A stretch of DNA of 17,063 bases from Candidatus Eiseniibacteriota bacterium (lineage in GTDB: Bacteria; Arandabacterota; Arandabacteria; Arandabacterales; Arandabacteraceae): the NCBI GenBank assembly GCA_043810925.1, contig JBDRNT010000026.1, positions 1 to 17,063 of the forward strand, in the 5' to 3' direction. The position numbers and the translations under genes are program-made. Of this stretch, positions 1 through 5,425 are shown in pieces. A model generated the notes under the pieces. That model was not told the origin of the DNA, searched no databases, and saw only the letters and a list, made by a program, of their open reading frames with translations. How positions within the stretch are numbered: the stretch's first letter is position 1; each line of letters begins with the position of its first letter.

Positions 1-197
1 TATAATGTCGACTGGTGGGTTCCCTGTGTGGGACGTGAACTCCCCTGTGTTTGGACCACCCACCAGACAATGCTAGGGCAAGCGCCACTGGGTTCGACTA
101 TGACGGAGCACGTTCCAGTGGCGGGGAACCCATCCCCGCAGAAGAATATCATCCGGAGAGGCTTCCCCGGACTTGATGCCATTCACCACCCCAACCC

Positions 198-226
198 TTG
201 ACGAACCCCGGACTTCGCGGGATACT
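198..226 (+). promoter_or_regulatory. Putative sigma70 promoter for the short gene at 301
   Basis: TTGACG (198-203), 17-nt spacer, GATACT (221-226). A GGAGG RBS (288-292) and ATG 301 follow. Confidence 0.5.
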
Positions 227-300
227 ATCTGTCGAATGTGAAACATTGAGAACAATCCCTGATCGGGCTTATTGCTCCGGCACGAAGGGAGGGACACGCT

Positions 301-363
301 ATGAGGGAATTCGCGGTCCTGCTGGCTATCCTGATAATGGGGGCGCAATACCACATAGAGTAG
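301..363 (+). pseudogene. 5' stub of a secreted/membrane protein gene, apparently interrupted by the recombinase end
   Basis: GGAGG 8 nt before ATG. Translates MREFAVLLAILIMGAQYHIE*: signal-peptide-like n/h region, then a stop inside the antisense tail of the recombinase ORF. Not in the ORF track. Confidence 0.45.
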
Positions 364-943
364 TCTCTCTGGGGGGGAAGGTGCTCGGGATTGCGCCCCT
401 GATTTTCACTTTCCTCCCCTCGATGACAATCTCAGTAACGAGGAGGTTGACTAACTCTCGTCTAGCTTCAAAATCGTCCTGGATGGCTTTCAGCCCTTTA
501 GCGACCTTGCTACAAACCTGCTTGACTGAATCGGGGTGGGGATCGCCCGTCTTCTGGTTTTCCAGCTGGCCTAACAGGTCACTCCGTCGGTTCTCAAGGT
601 GCTGCGTTTTCGCTCTGATCTTGTTGTTCTTAGCCTTTAGCTGGTCAAGCGTTATGACCTTGGCGGTATATGCATCAAGCAACCTGTCTTCCTCTTCGCC
701 AACCTTAGCTATGGCTTTGTCAGTTGACTTGATCTCTTGAAGAAGCCCGTCCGCAGTCGATCTGGTTCTTTCCCTCAGCGAGTCGACGTGCTTGGCAATG
801 AGATTTGGGTTCCTGATTGCCTCAGTCAGCTTATCCCAGACAGCGGACTCCAGCTGGTCTGCCCGGGCACAACTGGCATGGCAGTTCTTGGGGAGGGGGT
901 ATCTTCGGAGCCGGTTGCTGCATCGGTAAACCGACCTTGACAT
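326..943 (-). pseudogene. Large serine recombinase, C-terminal fragment (second half of zinc ribbon plus coiled coil)
   Basis: YRC...C...ADQLESAVWDKL...NP, a long coiled coil with RLLDAY, and ending RRELVNLLVTEIVI...IRGAIP, as in large serine recombinase C-termini. The catalytic resolvase domain, the recombinase domain and the first CxxC are absent. Confidence 0.8.
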
Positions 944-989
944 TAGGCTGAGCTGCCTCACACTTGGGGAAAGTACCCCACTCACCTCC

Positions 990-1017
990 CCCCCCCCAGT
1001 GCGATCTACATTAGTTT
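990..1017 (-). repeat. Inverted repeat of 3554-3581 (partial copy 1 of the non-coding element)
   Basis: Reverse complement AAACTAATGTAGATCGCACTGGGGGGGG vs AAAGTAATGTAGATCGCACTAGGGGGGG at 3554-3581: 26/28 identical with a 16-nt perfect core. Confidence 0.85.
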
Positions 1018-1093
1018 TGGGTTCCTCGGACTCCGGGGGTTACGCCTGCTATGAGGGCGGGAATTGCAGACTGTCCTTGGGACTTGAAGAGCC

Positions 1094-1588
1094 TTATGAG
1101 CCGAGCATTATGATGTTCGTGAAGTAGCTGTCTGTCGGCTTGGCAACACACTTAACAGACTTCTTGCAACGACTTGTGTAAACGGTGATCTTGCCCGGAA
1201 GAGAACCGTCGTCTTGGAACTTGTATTGAGACCTATCGAGGCACCAGTATCCATATATCTTGCTTATTGCCCCATCCCCGAGCTTCATAGGGTATGTGTT
1301 CTCTGTCGCGTCTTTCATTGGGTGGAGACTATCGGCCTCTGCCTTGCCCCAGAAAACCTTATCGATCTCAACCCCCTGCCCCCGGATATGGCTGACGGTC
1401 AACCACGCTTCAATATGGAATTCGGTGCCCTGATCACTCGCGTAGCTAATCTCGCATTCATCCACCACTAGCGCCAGCTTGGGCCGCCTAGTAATTACCA
1501 TATCAACAAGTCTCCATACAGCAGCCAGACCACCACCCGCCGCTACAATCAATAAGGCCCACCGCACGTTCTCCCAATCAAAACCCAT
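1094..1588 (-). CDS. Hypothetical protein, N-terminal membrane anchor plus beta-rich soluble domain (164 aa)
   Basis: GAGGAGG RBS 6 nt before the ATG at 1588 (better than the track start at 1648). Hydrophobic WALLIVAAGGGLAAVW followed by RRPKL. Confidence 0.7.
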   Translation of the reverse strand: MGFDWENVRWALLIVAAGGGLAAVWRLVDMVITRRPKLALVVDECEISYASDQGTEFHIEAWLTVSHIRGQGVEIDKVFWGKAEADSLHPMKDATENTYPMKLGDGAISKIYGYWCLDRSQYKFQDDGSLPGKITVYTSRCKKSVKCVAKPTDSYFTNIIMLGS

Positions 1589-1669
1589 TTTGGTCCTCCT
1601 CGATGTAGGATACGGACAATCGCAACAGAAACACCGTGACTGTAGCATCGAAAAGGAGCCACATCAAAC

Positions 1670-1777
1670 CTATTTGCGGGTCTCAAGGTCACGCAGTCTC
1701 CTAGATAGCCAACCTAAAGCTATAAAGCTGGCCCATTGGCCTATGATTACTAACGCCAAACAGATTGTTTCAAACAT
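1670..1777 (-). CDS. Small single-pass membrane peptide (35 aa)
   Basis: AAAGGAG 8 nt before ATG. MFETICLALVIIGQWASFIALGWLSRRLRDLETRK*. Sits between co-oriented genes and is below the ORF-track cut-off. Confidence 0.6.
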   Translation of the reverse strand: MFETICLALVIIGQWASFIALGWLSRRLRDLETRK

Positions 1778-1797
1778 CCTACTTTCTCCTTTTCAGA

Positions 1798-2070
1798 TTA
1801 GGACACTACCCAGCGGTGTCGAGGTCTGCCAATGGTAGGCCTTGCTCTTCCGATGTAGCTCTTCAACCTCTCCGCTGTGACTGGCAGAAAGGGAGGCAAC
1901 GGATTCTTGACCAGGTACCAAGTGTCACTTTTCTTACTCCGTCGAGCACCACGCTTCTTAGCAGCCACCCAATCGCCACCGTCAGAAATCTGACAGTGTC
2001 CATTAACCGACTGTTTCTCGAAAGAAAACCTCCAACCCGACCTCTGATACCTAATCCCTGCGTTTGTCAA
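1798..2070 (-). CDS. Basic hypothetical protein, WYLVKNPLPPFL family copy A (start uncertain, possibly 5'-degraded)
   Basis: Shares HC..IS...W..KK..ARR..K.D.WYLVKNPLPPFL.V..E with 3116-3463, with mostly synonymous DNA differences in the core. TTG start lacks a clear RBS. Confidence 0.55.
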   Translation of the reverse strand: MTNAGIRYQRSGWRFSFEKQSVNGHCQISDGGDWVAAKKRGARRSKKSDTWYLVKNPLPPFLPVTAERLKSYIGRARPTIGRPRHRWVVS

Positions 2071-2138
2071 TAAACCACGGCAAATCCCTTGATCGATTAC
2101 CTCAGAATCGATTCTGGTAAGGGGGTGATACCCCTAAT

Positions 2139-2243
2139 GGTGTTCGCGGGCACGGCTGGGTAGCTTCAAATACTGCTATGGGGGTGGCAGGACTTTCCCC
2201 TTGGCGTTCCAGGAATAGTGTGAGCAACACTTGTAGGGGTACC
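2139..2243. repeat. Conserved ~105-bp non-coding element, copy 2
   Basis: Ungapped alignment to 3481-3585, 69/105 identical by hand count. Mismatches are spread over all three codon positions (10/14/12). Confidence 0.75.
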
Positions 2244-2280
2244 GCTCAGCCCCAGCCGTGTTGAAAATATGGTTATTTGC

Positions 2281-2310
2281 TTGACTTTTTTGTGTTCTTT
2301 GCTCTATAAT
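2281..2310 (+). promoter_or_regulatory. sigma70 promoter for 2357-3064
   Basis: TTGACT (2281-2286), 18-nt spacer, TATAAT (2305-2310). RBS AAGGAGGT at 2343-2350. Confidence 0.7.
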
Positions 2311-2356
2311 ACCGATTGGTCTTTATGAAAAGACCTGCGAGAAAGGAGGTGTGCGA

Positions 2357-3064
2357 ATGTCTTATCGTTATAGTCTGGCTGCTGTCGTATTAACTCTTTC
2401 GCTGTGCTTCTTCAGCATGCCAGCAGAAGCTGCCGAGTGGGAGTTCCACGATGGCCTGAACGCCTTCGCGAACAACCCCGATAGGGTTACGGTATACGGT
2501 ACCATCGACTGCGTAATCCAAGAGCCACCGCTCTATCAAGGCTGGATCGAGTATTGCGAGACTGTGACCGGTTGTGTGCCCCCGTGGTGCAACGACTACA
2601 TTGTCATCTTTCAATGGGCCCCCAACGATCCTGAGACCTGCGGAAATGTGGATACGTGGAAGGTTGCGGTTCCTGGGGGTATTCCAGGTGACTGGCTGCT
2701 AGAACCTCTGGCCCAGTGGGTGGATTCCTATGTTCCAGCTGAGGGTGTGCAGCTGCCGACCATCGGTGATGCAACGGGCGCCTACCAGTATATATATGTG
2801 ATCGTTGATCTGGAGGAGTACCTGGCGTCCTATCCGGTGACCTTGCTGGAGGTGTATTCAATAAGCAATGGGGAAAGTCCGGACCTGCCGGGATACTTGA
2901 TCGGAACCACACCGATTGTGTTTGATCCAGCAGGCGTGGAACCCTTCTCCACAACGCCGTTCACCGGAGACCTTTGGATTGATGGGGATGTGTGGTTCTG
3001 GCCGGGTGGCGCATCGGCGACTGAGCCTTCAACCTGGGGCAGAGTCAAGAATATGTATCGGTAG
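2357..3064 (+). CDS. Secreted hypothetical protein with C-terminal TWGxxKxxY motif
   Basis: AAGGAGGT 6 nt before ATG 2357. Sec signal ending AEA-A, acidic Cys/Trp/Pro-rich body, ends ATEPSTWGRVKNMYR. Has its own promoter and terminator. Confidence 0.85.
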   Translation: MSYRYSLAAVVLTLSLCFFSMPAEAAEWEFHDGLNAFANNPDRVTVYGTIDCVIQEPPLYQGWIEYCETVTGCVPPWCNDYIVIFQWAPNDPETCGNVDTWKVAVPGGIPGDWLLEPLAQWVDSYVPAEGVQLPTIGDATGAYQYIYVIVDLEEYLASYPVTLLEVYSISNGESPDLPGYLIGTTPIVFDPAGVEPFSTTPFTGDLWIDGDVWFWPGGASATEPSTWGRVKNMYR

Positions 3065-3086
3065 TGTATGTCAGCAGGTGTATTCT

Positions 3087-3117
3087 GAGGGGTGCCGCCT
3101 GGCACCCCTCTCTTCTT
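3087..3117 (+). terminator. Intrinsic terminator between convergent genes (possibly bidirectional)
   Basis: GAGGGGTGCC-gcct-GGCACCCCTC, a perfect 10-bp stem followed by TCTTCTT. Confidence 0.75.
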
Positions 3118-3463
3118 ATCTCCACCGGCTCCCATGCAGGTACTGCCACCCATTCTCGGGACTGACCGACAAGAACGGTGGAAGTGGGTTCTTGACGAGG
3201 TACCACTTGTCATCTTTCCTCCTCCGTCGAGCCTTCTTAGACCAAACCTCGTAACTTATTACCGTACAATGACTTAGAGCAACAACCCCATTTGCTCTAA
3301 GTTCTTCAATATCAACGAGTTCCAAACAATAACCCTCTGGGACAGGTGTTCGGCTATTAGCCGTCGGTTTCCGCAGGTGGTCGTATGCCTTTTCTCTCCG
3401 CTCTCGGCGTACTTTCCGGCGACGTTCTCTCAGGCTGGTCAGACGATCAGATATGTCTTGCAC
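3116..3463 (-). CDS. Basic hypothetical protein, WYLVKNPLPPFL family copy B (115 aa)
   Basis: AAAGGAG 10 nt before GTG 3463. Arg/Lys-rich (RERRRKVRRERREK; KKARRRRK). Paralogous to 1798-2070. Confidence 0.7.
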   Translation of the reverse strand: MQDISDRLTSLRERRRKVRRERREKAYDHLRKPTANSRTPVPEGYCLELVDIEELRANGVVALSHCTVISYEVWSKKARRRRKDDKWYLVKNPLPPFLSVSPENGWQYLHGSRWR

Positions 3464-3480
3464 AGTGGAATCACTCCTTT

Positions 3481-3585
3481 GGTGCTCGCGCACGCGGTAG
3501 GGTAGCTAGTAAAGCAGCTACGGGGGGGGCTGGGACTTGCCCTTGGGGTTTCCAAAGTAATGTAGATCGCACTAGGGGGGGTACA
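3481..3585. repeat. Conserved ~105-bp non-coding element, copy 3
   Basis: Direct-orientation match to 2139-2243. Its 3554-3581 part is an inverted match to 990-1017. Confidence 0.75.
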
Positions 3586-3620
3586 TTCTCATGGGAGGGT
3601 AGTCACCAGTTCAAACTCAA

Positions 3621-4265
3621 ATGAGGGTGTATTGTGCTCCAATTGTCCTGGTATTGACCACTCCGGCACTGGCACAGGATAAGACCCTGTTGGGAGAAGA
3701 GATCGAGAGTGGGGGCTACGGCGCGCCGGTAGTCAAGTTTGGACGGATCCTTGGCGGAGACGGCGTCTTCGTGGGCGGACAGGGCGGGTGGATCATCAAT
3801 CATGCCTTTGTGTTGGGAGGCGGTGGTTACGGCCTTGCTAACAGGATCTCAGTGAATGGCAGTGATTGTCCATATCTCGGATTCGGCTATGGCGGCCTGC
3901 TGTTGGAGTACATTATCTCGCCCAGGGAACTGGTGCATGGCAGCGTCCAGCGCCTGATAGGCGCGGGCGGCGTCAGCTATTCGGAAGAATGGCGGTGCAA
4001 TGACGCCTATTCCTATGAAAGCGATGCGTTCTTCGCTCTCGAGCCGGCGGCGCATCTGATGCTTAACCTCCACAAGAAAGTGAGAGCGGGAATCGGTGCA
4101 TCCTATAGATACGTGAACGGAGTGCAATTCGAGGAACTGAGCGATTCCGACTTGAGCGGCGCCACGGCTCAGATCATCGTCAAGTTCGGGGTTTTCTATA
4201 CTGTCCTCCGGCCTGAGGGCATTCGACCAAGACGTGATGAATGTCACTCGGGCCACCTCTGTTAA
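3621..4265 (+). CDS. Outer-membrane beta-barrel protein (hypothetical)
   Basis: Signal peptide ending PALA-Q. Gly/aromatic alternating strands (GGYGAP, FVGGQGGWIINH, FGYGGLLLEY, GIGASYRYV). KFGVF terminal-strand-like motif followed by a 22-aa tail. Confidence 0.75.
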   Translation: MRVYCAPIVLVLTTPALAQDKTLLGEEIESGGYGAPVVKFGRILGGDGVFVGGQGGWIINHAFVLGGGGYGLANRISVNGSDCPYLGFGYGGLLLEYIISPRELVHGSVQRLIGAGGVSYSEEWRCNDAYSYESDAFFALEPAAHLMLNLHKKVRAGIGASYRYVNGVQFEELSDSDLSGATAQIIVKFGVFYTVLRPEGIRPRRDECHSGHLC

Positions 4266-4294
4266 CCTGCCCCCATTCCTACCCGCTCCACTCC

Positions 4295-4324
4295 TTGACG
4301 GGACTTGCCATGATCTGGCACAAT
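4295..4324 (+). promoter_or_regulatory. Possible sigma70 promoter with overlapping TGCCA-N5-TGGCA inverted repeat
   Basis: TTGACG (4295-4300), 18 nt, CACAAT (4319-4324) preceded by TGn. Inverted repeat at 4306-4320. Confidence 0.35.
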
Positions 4325-4393
4325 GAGATCGCTATCCGCAAGGAAGCACCTTGAGCAGCGTCAAGCGCCAGGCTTGTTCATCTGGAGGCAGAG

Positions 4394-5350
4394 ATGAGAC
4401 GCACCCATATTGCCTTGACCGCGGTCGTTTGTCTGTTAATCACGTGTTCCCCGAGAAGGCAGGCCCCAGTAGGGTATCCTGACTTCGTCACTCCGAATGA
4501 GGAGTACTACATCACCCGAATCGGGGATGTGCCTCAACTGGATGAGGAGAATTATGAGCTCGCCGCCAAAGGTGCCATCGGCATGCCGCGTTCATTCACA
4601 CTTGACGAACTGAGATCACTTGAAATGGTTGAGATTCCTCTCACTGTTGAGTGTATCGGAAATTCTCCCAAAGGCCCCCTGCTTTCTACGGCCGTCTGGA
4701 AGGGATTCAGACTGAGTGACCTCCTGGATTCACTCGGCTTGGACGAAGGCGCTACCGGGGTAGTCTACAGATCTGCAGACGGGTATTACGCTTCTCATAC
4801 CCTCCAACAAATAAGAGACAATGGGGTAATTGGAGCGCTGTACATGAACGGGGAGAACATTCCCCTCAAGCATGGCTTTCCCCTTCGTTTCCTGAACCCC
4901 GGATACTATGGGGTGAAACAGCCTGGATGGGTGACCGAGCTGGAGATTATTGACAGGCCCATCAAGGATTATTGGGAAGACAGGGGCTGGGATTGTTCTC
5001 CTCCGATGGCAGTTGATGCCACCGCATTCTTTCCAGAGGATGGTGCTGACTTGAAGGTCAGCGATTCCCTCGAAGTAGGAGGGACTGCTTTCGGCGGTAC
5101 CAGAATCGTTAAGGTTGAGGCTACCATTGACGGAGGCTTGACCTGGCAAGATGCGGAGATCACCAGAAATATGGATGCAGACAATGTCTGGGTCTTCTGG
5201 AGTGCCCGCATTAAGTTCCCCGGACCGGGGAAGTTCAAAGTGAACATAAGGGCCACCGATATCCACGGCAACCAGCAGCAGGAGGATGATCCTGATAAAT
5301 ATGATGGTACAAATGACTGGCCGGTTCTATCGCTGGACATCACGGAGTAG
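4394..5350 (+). CDS. Molybdopterin-dependent oxidoreductase, sulfite oxidase family (Moco domain plus Ig-like dimerisation domain)
   Basis: GGAGG RBS. Motifs VTPNEEYY, VECIGN (Mo-ligand Cys), AVWKG, SADGY, HGFPLR, PGYYGVKQPGWV, YWEDRGW, DGGLTW, RATD. Confidence 0.92.
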   Translation: MRRTHIALTAVVCLLITCSPRRQAPVGYPDFVTPNEEYYITRIGDVPQLDEENYELAAKGAIGMPRSFTLDELRSLEMVEIPLTVECIGNSPKGPLLSTAVWKGFRLSDLLDSLGLDEGATGVVYRSADGYYASHTLQQIRDNGVIGALYMNGENIPLKHGFPLRFLNPGYYGVKQPGWVTELEIIDRPIKDYWEDRGWDCSPPMAVDATAFFPEDGADLKVSDSLEVGGTAFGGTRIVKVEATIDGGLTWQDAEITRNMDADNVWVFWSARIKFPGPGKFKVNIRATDIHGNQQQEDDPDKYDGTNDWPVLSLDITE

Positions 5351-5425
5351 ACAGAGAACACCGCGTGAGATGAGTATTCGCTGACATAGTGACCAGCTCC
5401 ATCTGTGACGCGAGGGGGGAAACCT

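Noticed and set aside
198-740. Plus-strand 180-aa ORF
   Set aside because: Antisense shadow of the recombinase fragment; its TTG start is the -35 hexamer.
2186-2200. Minus-strand GGGGAAAGTCC resembles the RNase P RNA GAGGAAAGUCC motif
   Set aside because: No other RNase P conserved regions, and the space is far too short.
2236-2273. GGGGTACCGCTCAGC resembles the start of a Tn3-family 38-bp terminal repeat
   Set aside because: No inner TAAG-type end, no partner repeat, no 5-bp duplication and no Tn3 transposase.
3551-3578. TAATGTA recalls a dif/Xer site
   Set aside because: No XerD arm (TTATGTTAAAT-like) on either strand.
990-3585. Integron cassette array or CRISPR interpretation of the repeats
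   Set aside because: No attC R-box pairs, no regular repeat-spacer period, no IntI or Cas genes, and mixed gene orientation.
3385-3624. Plus-strand reading frame through the conserved element (GARARGRVASK... vs GVRGHGWVASN...)
   Set aside because: Mismatches show no third-position bias and no RBS is present, so the conservation is non-coding.
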